64,000 bases of DNA from an uncultured Calditrichaceae bacterium (lineage in GTDB: Bacteria > Calditrichota > Calditrichia > RBG-13-44-9), in the NCBI GenBank assembly GCA_964452045.1, contig CAYVKM010000004.1, positions 2,659 to 66,658 of the forward strand. The letters are read 5' to 3'. The translations under genes and the position numbers were made by a program. The notes under the pieces are model-generated. The model saw nothing but the letters and a program-made list of their open reading frames with translations. It ran no database searches and was not told the origin of the DNA. How positions within the stretch are numbered: position 1 is the first letter of the stretch; each line of letters begins with the position of its first letter. Below, piece after piece: positions 38,623-48,685 of the stretch.

Positions 38623-38823
38623 ATGGACAAGGTTACCATTTGGCATAATCCGCGCTGCAGAAAAAGCAGGGAAGGTTTACAATATTTAAAGGATAAGGGT
38701 GTCGAACCCGAGGTTTTTGAATATATGAAAACACCTTTTTCGCCTCAAGAATTAGCAGAGATTATCAGATTCTCCGCACAACGGCTTCTAAAAGATTATG
38801 CGAATATACAAATTCCATGGTAG
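38623..38823 (+). pseudogene. ArsC/Spx-family (thioredoxin-fold) gene, apparently C-terminally truncated
   Basis: 66 aa. VTIWHNPRCRKSREGLQYLKDKGVEPEV matches the N-terminal half of ArsC/YffB proteins (IYHNPxCxxSRxxL). Family members are 115-140 aa. The stop coincides with the start of an AT-rich segment. Confidence 0.45.
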
Positions 38824-39016
38824 CGAAATATGAAATTATTAAAACATATGCTTACTTCGGATACAAAGATTAGCCACTCTATTCAATAGAGATTGAACTA
38901 GTCTTTATATTCCAAGAAGTTTTATAGATAGACTAATATATTGGTCAGCTTAGGATTAAAACTATCTTTAGGGCTTCAGTAAAGATTATAGTTTAGTATA
39001 AGGTACTATTTCGATA

Positions 39017-39424
39017 ATGAAACTATTTCACATAATAATTTTTGTTTCATTTTTGTTGTTAGTTTTATGGCGATTTATGGCCAATTTGCTTTTTGCAGAA
39101 TATTTTGAAGAAAAAATTATTAATATCCCCATACTAAAAGTTCTTGAGAAGAGAGTCTTTAACATTTTGTTATTTGCTCTATATACCTACTATGCTTACT
39201 TATATGCGGAATTATCGATATTTTGGTTATTTATTTGGATTTTTTTTCTTCTGCTATTTATTTTTCAATTGTTTGTAATTTATCTATTTAAGGGGCGGCC
39301 AAGTGAAAATATTAATGTTACAGAAGCGAATTTAAAAAGGTTAGTTAGACATAGAAGAATATTTAGCGCATTTGACTTTTTTATATTAGCAATTTGGATT
39401 TATTCTTGGAGATTCTTGATATAG
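39017..39424 (+). CDS. Hypothetical small polytopic membrane protein in an AT-rich segment
   Basis: 135 aa with about 4 predicted TM helices and a positive-inside loop (KGRPSEN...KRLVRHRR). Extreme F/L/I/Y content reflects the local GC of about 25-30%. Weak ribosome-binding site. May not be a real gene. Confidence 0.35.
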   Translation: MKLFHIIIFVSFLLLVLWRFMANLLFAEYFEEKIINIPILKVLEKRVFNILLFALYTYYAYLYAELSIFWLFIWIFFLLLFIFQLFVIYLFKGRPSENINVTEANLKRLVRHRRIFSAFDFFILAIWIYSWRFLI

Positions 39425-39838
39425 GATACTCTCCATCATTTAATATAATAAGATTATATGTTTATCGTAAACCACAATAGAAAATTCAAAATAGAAAAAC
39501 CTCAAAAGACAAGCCCAAGAAAACATTAATACAATTCCATAAAAATATTAAAATAATTTATTAAGAATATATACAATTCGCCAATTATAGTTAACTGAGG
39601 TTTACTGGTAGTACTGATTAAAATTCGTGATAATTTCACTTAGAATATATAAAGTTATGATTATTGATTTTTTCACCATTGGCGGACAAATAGATTATAA
39701 ATTGAGCTTTTCATATTGAAGAAGAAAAAAATAATTTTTTTAATCAATAAAATATTCAAAAGGAGCGAAAAAGATTTAGCTTGAAATAACTGCCAATTAA
39801 TTTTAATTTTCCATTGCTTTAAATTTCAGCTAGAGGTT

Positions 39839-40396
39839 TTGATGATTCAACATTTCCGAAAATCTATCTTTTTTCTTGTCTTTTTGATTTTTTTATTTGG
39901 TTGTGCAGGTACAAAAAAACAGACCGGTGAGCAACCCCCTTCTGGTGAGAAGATTGAACTGAATGAATCCTTTGATCCGCTTTTGTTAGATGATGAAGAT
40001 ATTAAATTTGAAAAGAAAAGTAAACCTTCGGAAACCATTGCACCGTTAAATCTGCCCCCGGAACAAAAAGCGACAATTCCCATCAACGAATTGGTGGATG
40101 GATTCCGGATTCAACTAATTTCAACAAAAGATCTGGAAAGCGCCACGAAAGCCAAGCTCATCGCCGAAGAACAATTCTCCGACTTACAAATTAACTTTTA
40201 TCTGGAATTCGATTCACCTTATTATAAAGTGAGGGTAGGAGACTTTAAAACTCGTGACGATGCGGAGAGCATCCGCGAGGTTATACGTTCCCGGGGATAT
40301 CCGAAAGCATGGATTGTGAAAACAAAAGTATGGACTCATCCTGAAATCAATCTGATTTCAGACTCCACCGAAGTTGAAACCCCAGATATTGACTGA
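39839..40396 (+). CDS. SPOR-domain lipoprotein (septal peptidoglycan-binding)
   Basis: 185 aa. Lipobox FLFGCAG. C-terminal SPOR repeat (GFRIQLISTKDLESATKAK...YYKVRVGDFKTRDDAE...). Confidence 0.7.
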   Translation: MMIQHFRKSIFFLVFLIFLFGCAGTKKQTGEQPPSGEKIELNESFDPLLLDDEDIKFEKKSKPSETIAPLNLPPEQKATIPINELVDGFRIQLISTKDLESATKAKLIAEEQFSDLQINFYLEFDSPYYKVRVGDFKTRDDAESIREVIRSRGYPKAWIVKTKVWTHPEINLISDSTEVETPDID

Positions 40397-40434
40397 GTAC
40401 TATATATCATCATATATGTCTTTGGAGGCATTTT

Positions 40435-41181
40435 ATGTCAGGTCATTCCAAATGGGCAAACATAAAATTTAGAAAAGAACGGCAGGATGCCGCGCGGGGA
40501 AGGATTTTCACCCGGCTCATTAAAGAAATTACCGTTGCTGCCCGAGTGGGTGGCGGGGACCTTGATGCCAATCCCCGTTTGAGAACTGCCGTTCAAAATG
40601 CAAAGGCACAAAATATGCCCCAGAAAAACATTGAGAATGCAATTCTGAAAGGAACCGGGGAATTACCAGGCATGGTTTACGAAGATGTGGCATTTGAAGG
40701 TTATGGACCCGGTGGAATTGCCATGTATATATTGACCACGACCGATAACCGCAACCGAACCGTGGCTGAAATCAGACATATTCTAAATAAGTATGGTGGA
40801 AATCTGGGTGAAACAGGAAGTGTGAGCTGGGTTTTCGAAAAGAAAGGGCTTATTCGGATAGATAAAGAAAATTATGATGAAGAAGAATTGATGCTGAAGG
40901 CGATAGATGCCGGTGCAGATGACTTCAAAGTAGAAGACGATTACTACGAGGTTTACACCCAGTTTGAAGATCTGAATAAGGTACGATCCACACTGGAAGA
41001 CAGTGGAATTGCCATCGAAAATGCTGAAATTGCTATGATCCCACAGAATGTGATTGAGTTAGAGGGTAAACAGGCAGAACAAATGTTACGGTTAATGGAT
41101 GCGCTGGAAGACAACGATGATGTGCAGAATATCTTCGCCAATTTTGATATCGATGAAAAAATCATGGAAAAAATGCAATAA
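40435..41181 (+). CDS. yebC: YebC/PmpR-family DNA-binding transcriptional regulator
   Basis: 248 aa. MSGHSKWANIKFRK...RGRIFTRL signature N-terminus. Confidence 0.9.
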   Translation: MSGHSKWANIKFRKERQDAARGRIFTRLIKEITVAARVGGGDLDANPRLRTAVQNAKAQNMPQKNIENAILKGTGELPGMVYEDVAFEGYGPGGIAMYILTTTDNRNRTVAEIRHILNKYGGNLGETGSVSWVFEKKGLIRIDKENYDEEELMLKAIDAGADDFKVEDDYYEVYTQFEDLNKVRSTLEDSGIAIENAEIAMIPQNVIELEGKQAEQMLRLMDALEDNDDVQNIFANFDIDEKIMEKMQ

Positions 41182-41196
41182 TGAAGGTATGTTTTT

Positions 41197-41691
41197 TTGA
41201 GAATTCTTGGAATAGATCCCGGGATTAGCACGACCGGGTATGGTGTTATTGAAATAGAATCAAGTGGGCTCAGGTGTCTTGCTTTTGGAGGAATCCGTAG
41301 CTCTTCAAAATTGAAATTCAGTCAAAAACTTAAATCAATTCATCAAGCAGTAAATCAAATTATTCAGGAATTTCAGCCGGACTTTTGTTCGGTGGAAGAT
41401 ATATTTTATCACCAGAATAAAAAAACGGCAATTATTATGGGACACGCACGGGGTGTGGCCATGCTAGCCGCTGCGGTAAACAACATTCCGGTATTCGAAT
41501 ATACCCCCCGGGAAGTCAAGATGTCCATAGTCGGGTCCGGAGCGGCTTCAAAGGTCCAGGTTCAGGCAATGGTAAAAAATATACTTAAAATGCCTGAAAA
41601 ACCGACTCCTGAGGATGCTGCAGATGCATTGGCAGTCGCGTTGTGCCATCATCACCGTTTGAAATTTCAGCAAATCAGGGAGAGGGCTTAA
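41197..41691 (+). CDS. ruvC: Holliday junction resolvase RuvC
   Basis: 164 aa. MRILGIDPGISTTGYGVIE catalytic Asp region. Confidence 0.9.
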   Translation: MRILGIDPGISTTGYGVIEIESSGLRCLAFGGIRSSSKLKFSQKLKSIHQAVNQIIQEFQPDFCSVEDIFYHQNKKTAIIMGHARGVAMLAAAVNNIPVFEYTPREVKMSIVGSGAASKVQVQAMVKNILKMPEKPTPEDAADALAVALCHHHRLKFQQIRERA

Positions 41692-41835
41692 ATCTGTTTG
41701 TAGAGGTTCAGTCCATGGCGTGTTATTTTGCTGGGAAAATTATAAAATAGTTGAAAAATATAACAGTTTGTTGCTTTCGTGTATTTATCCCGTATATTAG
41801 CCTTGTTTGGAAATTACTAATATGCAAATTCCGGT

Positions 41836-42438
41836 ATGATTGAGCAGATTCAGGGAAAACTGATTAAAAAATCTCCTACTTATTGTGTGGTAGATTGTCA
41901 TGGAGTGGGACTTGGTGTTTTTATCAGTCTAAATACCTATGAATCTTTAAATGATAAAAATGAAGAAATCGCATTACTAACGTATTTACACGTCCGGGAA
42001 GACGCGCTTCAGTTATTTGGATTTACCACGGATGACGAAAGAAATATTTTTAGAATGTTGATGAGTATCAGCGGCATAGGCCCAAAATTAGCAATTACTA
42101 TATTATCCGGGCTCAGTGTGCAGGAGCTGGTTGAGGCGATTGCCATAGAGGATTTTATGCAGTTAACTCAAATTCCCGGTGTCGGGAAAAAGACCGCGCA
42201 ACGGGTTGTCCTGGAACTGAAAGAAAAGGTGGCTGCCGGTCTGGAGCCTGGAATCTCCAAGGAATTTCCGAAGTTACCCAGCCGGGAAGGTGATAAGGTA
42301 AATGAAGCATTCCTTGCCCTGCTTGCGCTTGGCTATAAACAGCAGGATGCCCGGAAGGCGATTCATAAAGTGATCCAGAATAATTCTGCGGATCTTTCGG
42401 TTGAAGAGCTGGTAAAAACGGCATTGAAGGAAGTCTAG
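41836..42438 (+). CDS. ruvA: Holliday junction branch-migration protein RuvA
   Basis: 200 aa. MIEQIQGKL...VDCHGVGLGVFIS, and the HhH region GIGPKLAITILS. Confidence 0.9.
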   Translation: MIEQIQGKLIKKSPTYCVVDCHGVGLGVFISLNTYESLNDKNEEIALLTYLHVREDALQLFGFTTDDERNIFRMLMSISGIGPKLAITILSGLSVQELVEAIAIEDFMQLTQIPGVGKKTAQRVVLELKEKVAAGLEPGISKEFPKLPSREGDKVNEAFLALLALGYKQQDARKAIHKVIQNNSADLSVEELVKTALKEV

Positions 42439-42441
42439 CAT

Positions 42442-43464
42442 ATGGAACGAGACGTTATAAGTCCTCGCCCTTTAAGTGAAGATCAGGAATTTGATATTTC
42501 ACTGCGTCCCCGAAATTTGAAAGATTTTGTGGGACAGGATAAAGTCAAAGAAAATTTAAGCATTTACATTGAAGCAGCCAAGCAACGCTCGGAGGCTCTG
42601 GATCATGTATTACTCTATGGTCCGCCCGGATTGGGAAAAACCACACTGGCTCATATCATCGCTAATGAACTATCGGTGGATATTAAAACCACTTCCGGTC
42701 CGGTGCTCGATAAGGCAGGGGATCTTGCCGGACTACTTACCAATTTAAAGGAGTACGATGTTATTTTTATTGATGAGATTCATCGTCTGAATAATGTCGT
42801 GGAGGAATATCTGTATTCTGCCATGGAAGATTTTAAACTGGACATCATGATTGACCGGGGACCAAATGCCCGCAGCATCCAGATTGATCTACCACAATTT
42901 ACTTTGATTGGTGCCACCACCCGGGCTGGTTTGTTGACTTCACCAATGCGGGCCAGATTTGGAGTAGTGTCACGACTTGATTATTATAACTCGGATAACC
43001 TGAAAAGTATTATTTTGCGATCTGCTAAAATTCTGGATGTTAAAATTGATGATGAAGGCGCATTTGAAATTGCCCGACGGTCCCGGGGAACCCCCAGAAT
43101 AGCCAATCGGTTATTAAGGAGAACACGCGATTTTGCTCAGGTCCGTGCCGATGGGAATATCACCAAAGAGGTAGCAGACAATAGCCTGAAAATGCTGGAA
43201 GTGGATGAGCGTGGGCTGGATGATATGGATAAACGTATCATCAAAACCATTATTGAGAAATATAATGGAGGCCCGGTAGGATTGAATACTATTGCGGTTG
43301 CGGTGGCAGAGGAAAGTGAAACAATTGAAGAATTATATGAACCATTTTTAATTCAGGAAGGTTTTATTAAAAGAACACCCAGGGGTAGGGTAGCTACTCA
43401 ACTGGCGTTTGAGCATTTTAACTATACATTTAATAATTATGGATTCCAGGAAAAACTATTTTGA
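42442..43464 (+). CDS. ruvB: Holliday junction ATP-dependent DNA helicase RuvB
   Basis: 340 aa. Walker [12 protein letters not shown] and FIDEIHRL. Confidence 0.9.
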   Translation: MERDVISPRPLSEDQEFDISLRPRNLKDFVGQDKVKENLSIYIEAAKQRSEALDHVLLYGPPGLGKTTLAHIIANELSVDIKTTSGPVLDKAGDLAGLLTNLKEYDVIFIDEIHRLNNVVEEYLYSAMEDFKLDIMIDRGPNARSIQIDLPQFTLIGATTRAGLLTSPMRARFGVVSRLDYYNSDNLKSIILRSAKILDVKIDDEGAFEIARRSRGTPRIANRLLRRTRDFAQVRADGNITKEVADNSLKMLEVDERGLDDMDKRIIKTIIEKYNGGPVGLNTIAVAVAEESETIEELYEPFLIQEGFIKRTPRGRVATQLAFEHFNYTFNNYGFQEKLF

Positions 43465-44512
43465 GCATATCGATGGTCTTAAATATAAATTAGATGATTT
43501 TATATATGATCTGCCCGAAAAACTCATTGCTCAGTATCCTCTAGAAAAAAGAGATACTTGCCGTTTAATGGTCGCTGACCGTGAGTCGGGTAAAATAAGC
43601 CATCGACAATTTCGGGATATTTCAGAATATCTTGCACCGGATGATTGCCTGGTATTAAATGATACCAGGGTATTTCCAGCCAGACTGATGGGGAGAAAAG
43701 ATCGAACCGGGGCACAGGTGGAAATATTTCTGCTTCGTAATCTCGAGGGAAAACTCTGGGAGGTTCTGGTTAAACCTGCTAGAAAAGTTCGAATCGGTAA
43801 TAAAATAATATTTGGTGACGATCTTTCCTGCGACATTGTAGATAATACTCTGTCTGGCGGAAGAGTGGTTGAGTTTAATTCCAACGGTAATTTTTTCAGT
43901 GTGCTGGAAGGATTGGGAAATACCCCTTTACCGCCTTATATAAAGAGGAAACCGGAAAATCTGGATAAGGAATATTACCAAACGGTTTATGCCGATAAAC
44001 ACGGTGCCGTGGCAGCTCCGACTGCTGGCCTGCATTTTACCCAAAAACTCATTGATAAATTACAATCAGATGGAATAAAAATCGCCAAAATTACATTGCA
44101 TGTGGGTTTGGGGACTTTTCGACCGGTACAGGTGGAAGATATCACCCGGCATAAAATGGATTCGGAGTATTATGAGATTGATGCTCATGCTGCCTCATTG
44201 ATTAATATGGTGCCGCAAAGGGGTGGAAATGTTATTGCCGTTGGCACGACTGTGGTACGGGCACTGGAAAGTGTAGCCGATCAGCGCGGGTTCGTGCGGC
44301 CCGCCCGGGGCTGGACAGATAAGTATATTTATCCTCCCTATGATTTTAAAGCGATCAACAAACTCTTGACTAATTTTCATCTTCCAGGTTCTACTTTATT
44401 AATGATGGTGAGTGCTTTTGCCGGAATGAAATTGATGAGGGAGGCTTATGAACTTGCCATAAAGGAAAAGTATCGCTTTTTTAGTTATGGTGATGCCATG
44501 TTGATTTGCTAA
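43439..44512 (+). CDS. queA: S-adenosylmethionine:tRNA ribosyltransferase-isomerase
   Basis: [25 protein letters not shown] matches the QueA N-terminus. The track ORF starts at 43409. The ATG at 43439 gives a smaller overlap with ruvB. Confidence 0.85.
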   Translation: MDSRKNYFEHIDGLKYKLDDFIYDLPEKLIAQYPLEKRDTCRLMVADRESGKISHRQFRDISEYLAPDDCLVLNDTRVFPARLMGRKDRTGAQVEIFLLRNLEGKLWEVLVKPARKVRIGNKIIFGDDLSCDIVDNTLSGGRVVEFNSNGNFFSVLEGLGNTPLPPYIKRKPENLDKEYYQTVYADKHGAVAAPTAGLHFTQKLIDKLQSDGIKIAKITLHVGLGTFRPVQVEDITRHKMDSEYYEIDAHAASLINMVPQRGGNVIAVGTTVVRALESVADQRGFVRPARGWTDKYIYPPYDFKAINKLLTNFHLPGSTLLMMVSAFAGMKLMREAYELAIKEKYRFFSYGDAMLIC

Positions 44513-44698
44513 TCCTTATTGGCTTTGTATTATTTTTTTGCTATTTCCTGCTCCTTTGAAAATTTCTCAACTATAATTTGTTTAGGTTATCAAACCTCCT
44601 CTATAGTTTATCCTCAGATAATTTTCCTCCCCAGATAATGCTGAATTGAAATCAGATTTATTCTCAAATAGAAAAAATCAAAAAATTAAACTTAATAC

Positions 44699-44750
44699 TT
44701 GCATTTTTTAAAAAATTTCTTAATATATGGTGTGTGGTTGAAAATGGGGC
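44699..44750 (+). promoter_or_regulatory. Putative dcw-cluster promoter region with possible MraZ-box-like GTGG/TGGGG repeats
   Basis: TTGCAT (-35-like) followed by TAATAT (-10-like) about 15-19 nt downstream. Then TGGTGTGTGGTTGAAAATGGGG directly upstream of mraZ. Spacing is not canonical. Confidence 0.25.
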
Positions 44751-44780
44751 AAATTCCATCGAATTTCACTAAAATCATCA

Positions 44781-45236
44781 ATGGATTGCATGGAAGAATA
44801 TTTCGGACGATATAGGAATGTTTTGGATGCGAAGGGCAGGGTGAATATGCCCGCCCGGTTCCGTGAGATGACCGACGCTTTGGCTGAAGGGAATCAAATT
44901 TTTATTCTCACTCGGGGGACTGAAAAGTATGTCGCAATGTTTCCTATCGGGGAATGGCGCCGTAAAATTGTGGAATTAGAGCAAAATGTTGAAGACGGAG
45001 AGCAGCGTCGCATCCTTAATCGCCGAATTAATTTTCACGCCTCACACCAAAAAGTAGATAAACAAGGTCGCATTAACATTCCTGCAGAGCTTATCCAGTA
45101 CGCCAATCTGGAAAAAGATGTGGTTGTGCTGGGTACCGGAAAGAAAATTGAAATTTGGAATCCCGAAGAGCTTAATAAATATCTCCAGAAAGCAGAAACC
45201 AAGTATCAAGAGCTCTCGAATTTCCTGGATTTTTAA
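44781..45236 (+). CDS. mraZ: Division/cell-wall cluster transcriptional regulator MraZ
   Basis: 151 aa. Duplicated MraZ fold with DAKGRVNMP and DKQGRINIP motifs. Confidence 0.9.
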   Translation: MDCMEEYFGRYRNVLDAKGRVNMPARFREMTDALAEGNQIFILTRGTEKYVAMFPIGEWRRKIVELEQNVEDGEQRRILNRRINFHASHQKVDKQGRINIPAELIQYANLEKDVVVLGTGKKIEIWNPEELNKYLQKAETKYQELSNFLDF

Positions 45237-45253
45237 TTATATCGGCTTTTTAT

Positions 45254-46207
45254 ATGGCGCAGGAATTTTATCACATCCCGGTTTTGGCTGGGGAAGCGGT
45301 TGATTATTTAGTATGGGACCCTGAGGGTATTTATGTGGATTGTACAGTCGGTGGTGGCGGTCATTCTGAACTCATCTTAGAAAAATTGAATGGGAAAGGA
45401 ACGCTACTCTGTCTCGATGCTGACATAGATGCTATTAAGCAGGCAGGCGAAAGGTTGGCTAGTTTTTCTAATAAAATAATTAAAAGGGCATTCTTTGATC
45501 AACTGGATATTGTACTTATGCAGGAAAAATTATTACCTGCGAATGGATTTTTGTTTGATCTGGGAATTTCCTCCTATCAGATCGATAGGGAAGAGAAAGG
45601 TTTTTCCTTTAGTGAAAATGGGCCACTGGATATGAGGTTTAATAAACAACAGCGATTTTCGGCATCCGATGTCGTCAACACTTATGTCGAAGAAAAATTA
45701 GGTGAAATCTTCAGAACCTTTGGCGAAGAAAGGTACTGGCGAAAAATTGCCCGCCAGGTTGTTAAAGCACGATCTGCAAAAAACATCAACACTACCGGAG
45801 AGTTGAAAGATATCATTTCCTCGGTGACCCCGGATAGATTTCGGAACAAAACTCTGGCTCGGATTTTCCAGGCAATCCGGATAGAAGTGAATCAGGAATT
45901 GGAAAGACTGAAAACAGCCTTAAACAAAGCGTTTGATTCTTTGCGGATCAATGGGCGAATTGTCGTGATAAGCTATCATTCCTTAGAAGACCGGATTGTA
46001 AAAGAGTTTTTTCGCTACAAAGAACTGGATTGTATCTGTCCTCCGGATTTTCCCCAGTGCCTTTGTGATAAAGAAAAAGAAATGAAGATTCTCACCAAAA
46101 AACCCATTCAGCCATCAGCAGCAGAAATTGTGGATAATCCAAGGGCCAGGAGCGCCAGAATGCGGGTGGCGGAAAAAATTGTTGAGTTCAAGGACCTGGT
46201 TAAATGA
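45254..46207 (+). CDS. rsmH: 16S rRNA (cytosine1402-N4)-methyltransferase
   Basis: 317 aa. HIPVL...VDCTVGGGGHS SAM motif. Confidence 0.9.
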   Translation: MAQEFYHIPVLAGEAVDYLVWDPEGIYVDCTVGGGGHSELILEKLNGKGTLLCLDADIDAIKQAGERLASFSNKIIKRAFFDQLDIVLMQEKLLPANGFLFDLGISSYQIDREEKGFSFSENGPLDMRFNKQQRFSASDVVNTYVEEKLGEIFRTFGEERYWRKIARQVVKARSAKNINTTGELKDIISSVTPDRFRNKTLARIFQAIRIEVNQELERLKTALNKAFDSLRINGRIVVISYHSLEDRIVKEFFRYKELDCICPPDFPQCLCDKEKEMKILTKKPIQPSAAEIVDNPRARSARMRVAEKIVEFKDLVK

Positions 46208-46584
46208 TACAGAAACGGAAGCCGAAAGGAAAAACAATCTATCATATGAAAAAAGGTGCCACGAATGTGGTTACCAATTTTCTATCTGCTTTTAGCATTT
46301 TCATCATTTTACTTTTTCTTACCGGTTTCTTCATTTTTTTTCAGTGGAAAAATGTCATGTTTCGTTCCGTTCTCACTCAAATAGACAGGCTCTCAGAAGA
46401 AATTCTGGTTTTGAATAACGAAAAAGCCCGGCTGGAAACCACCAGGAATGAATTGCTGAAAACAGTTCCGGAAAAAGCGGAGAAAAAACTTGGACTTGTT
46501 ACCTCAGTAAATGCAGGTCAAAAACTTATTGTAGATAAAAAACAGTATGTGCTCTATGAAGAAAAAGATAAACAAATACCATAA
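46204..46584 (+). CDS. ftsL: Cell division protein FtsL-like (single TM + coiled coil)
   Basis: 126 aa. Its position between rsmH and ftsI, a TM helix (FSIFIILLFLTGFFIFF) and a leucine-zipper-like segment. Confidence 0.6.
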   Translation: MIQKRKPKGKTIYHMKKGATNVVTNFLSAFSIFIILLFLTGFFIFFQWKNVMFRSVLTQIDRLSEEILVLNNEKARLETTRNELLKTVPEKAEKKLGLVTSVNAGQKLIVDKKQYVLYEEKDKQIP

Positions 46585-48685
46585 TTTATTGACGCCGTCA
46601 CGACCATCCAGCGCTGGTTCAAACTTCCGTTTGATTCTTATTACTCTCTTTGTGGTAATCTGTTTTGGTCTGGTGGTCTATCGGTTGTTTACCGTCCAGG
46701 TTATAATGCATGACGAATATGAAGAGAAAGCCCTAAAGAATATTGAGAACCGGCATATCCTCCAGGCCAGGCGAGGTACCATTTTTGACCGGGCGGGTCG
46801 TCCCCTGGCCAAGGATGTTATACAATATTCTGTAGGAGTGGTCAAAAACCAGGTACAGGGTAAATCAAAATTAATTGATGCCTTATCTCGCCTTCCCGGT
46901 CAATCCCGTTCAATTATCCAGAGAAAACTAAAATCGGGTTTAAATTTTGTATATCTGGCTCATAAGGTGCAGCCGGAAGACGCGGAAGTTCTGCATAAAA
47001 TAAATGAACCCGGTTTGGTTTTGGAGAAACGATTTCTCCGCACTTACCCATACAGCAGAAATGCGGCACAGGTGATTGGATTTTGTGATCTCGATAACCA
47101 TGCTCTGGGTGGGATAGAGTACCAGTATAATCAATTCTTGCAGGGAAAGTCCGGCTGGAAGATTTACCAGCGGGATGCACTGGGCAACCAGTTACCAAAT
47201 CTGGATTTTCCGGGCCAGGATCCGATTGATGGATTTGACATTTATCTCTCTCTGGATATGGAATATCAGACTATTGTTGAGGATGGGTTGCGAAGCGCTG
47301 TAGAAAATGCCAAAGCCACCGAAGGTGTAGCGATTCTGATGGATCCCAATTCCGGAGAAATTTTAGCGCTTTCTAATTATCCCCAGTTTGATGCTAATGA
47401 AGCAAATAGATATGATACAGTCGACCGGAAAAACCGGGCTGTTACCGATATTGTTGAGCCGGGTTCCACATTTAAAATAGCTATGCTGGCTACTGCCTTG
47501 GAGAGAATTCATCTTAATATTGATAAGGATATCTATTTCTGCGAGAATGGTTCGTACCGGTTGTATGGAAGCAAAGTTGTTGATCACAAGGGCTATGGCT
47601 GGTTAACACCACGCAGGATCATCGAAAATTCCAGTAATATCGGCACCATGAAAATTGCCGCCGATGTAAAACCGGAACTTTTTTATAAATACATCCGGAA
47701 TTTGGGTTTTGGTATGATAACCGGGATCGATCTACCGGGAGAAAGTCAGGGAATTCTCCATCCGTTGAATAAGGCTTCTAAACTTACCCACTTTTTTATG
47801 AGTATTGGTTATGAAATTGGCGTTACACCCATCCAGTTGATAAATGCGTATACAGTTGTCGCTAACGGCGGTAAGTTATATACCCCTCATCTAATGAAAC
47901 AAATTTTGGGACCGAATGATACGATTCTGAAACAAAACAAGTCCGCGGTCGTCCGGCATGTTCTCTCAGAAGAAACCAGCTCAGTCATCAGGGAAATATT
48001 GTGCGGTGTGGTGGAGAAGGGCACCGGCAAAGCGGCCAATATTGAAGGGATTCAGGTGGCCGGAAAAACCGGGACCGCCCAATTGTATGATCCGAAAACG
48101 AAATCCTATAATTCAAAAAAGCACCTTGCCTCTTTTATCGGATTCTTTCCGGCTGAACATCCCCAATACGTACTTCTGGTAATGATTCGCCAACCGCAGG
48201 GTGATTTTTATGGCGGACTCGTTGCTGCACCAGCATTTAAGAATATTGCCAGACGCATCATCAGTTTAGCCTCTTTGGAAAATCTTGAACTGGCGCAACT
48301 TAGTTTAAGCCAAAATCAAAATAGTGGGGATATTTTACCTCATGTTGAAAATTTAAATGTGGAACTGGCATGCAAAATACTTGAAGAATCAAATATGGAT
48401 TATAAAATCTCCGGCTCAGGGCCAATAGTAATCAAGCAGAAAGAGTTAGTGGAAGATGAAAAAATAACAGGTTTGATGCTCTATCTGGGAAAATCTGCCG
48501 AGGAAAATATTTCGATAATGCCTTCACTCACTGGATTATCTATGAAAGAGGCAATAAGCTCATTATCTAATTTAAAATTAAACCCTTTGATTGAGGGAAA
48601 TGGGGTGGTGGTCAATCAGATTCCCAAACCGGGCGCTAAGATAAATAAAGATATTTCAATAAAACTAATATGTAAACCCTCATGA
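46547..48685 (+). CDS. ftsI: Peptidoglycan D,D-transpeptidase FtsI (class B PBP) with C-terminal PASTA-like domain(s)
   Basis: 712 aa. Transpeptidase motifs STFK (EPGSTFKIA), SSN (ENSSNIG) and KTGT (AGKTGTA). The C-terminal ~120 aa resemble PASTA (MPSLTGLSMKEAISSL...GNGVVVNQIPKPGAKI). Confidence 0.85.
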   Translation: MCSMKKKINKYHNLLTPSRPSSAGSNFRLILITLFVVICFGLVVYRLFTVQVIMHDEYEEKALKNIENRHILQARRGTIFDRAGRPLAKDVIQYSVGVVKNQVQGKSKLIDALSRLPGQSRSIIQRKLKSGLNFVYLAHKVQPEDAEVLHKINEPGLVLEKRFLRTYPYSRNAAQVIGFCDLDNHALGGIEYQYNQFLQGKSGWKIYQRDALGNQLPNLDFPGQDPIDGFDIYLSLDMEYQTIVEDGLRSAVENAKATEGVAILMDPNSGEILALSNYPQFDANEANRYDTVDRKNRAVTDIVEPGSTFKIAMLATALERIHLNIDKDIYFCENGSYRLYGSKVVDHKGYGWLTPRRIIENSSNIGTMKIAADVKPELFYKYIRNLGFGMITGIDLPGESQGILHPLNKASKLTHFFMSIGYEIGVTPIQLINAYTVVANGGKLYTPHLMKQILGPNDTILKQNKSAVVRHVLSEETSSVIREILCGVVEKGTGKAANIEGIQVAGKTGTAQLYDPKTKSYNSKKHLASFIGFFPAEHPQYVLLVMIRQPQGDFYGGLVAAPAFKNIARRIISLASLENLELAQLSLSQNQNSGDILPHVENLNVELACKILEESNMDYKISGSGPIVIKQKELVEDEKITGLMLYLGKSAEENISIMPSLTGLSMKEAISSLSNLKLNPLIEGNGVVVNQIPKPGAKINKDISIKLICKPS

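Noticed and set aside
33424-44780. Intergenic gaps near selA/selB and elsewhere were searched for tRNA-Sec or other tRNA-like sequences (GGTTCRANTCC T-loop, CCA end).
   Set aside because: No candidate with tRNA-like GC-rich stems or a T-loop consensus was found. The gaps are AT-rich.
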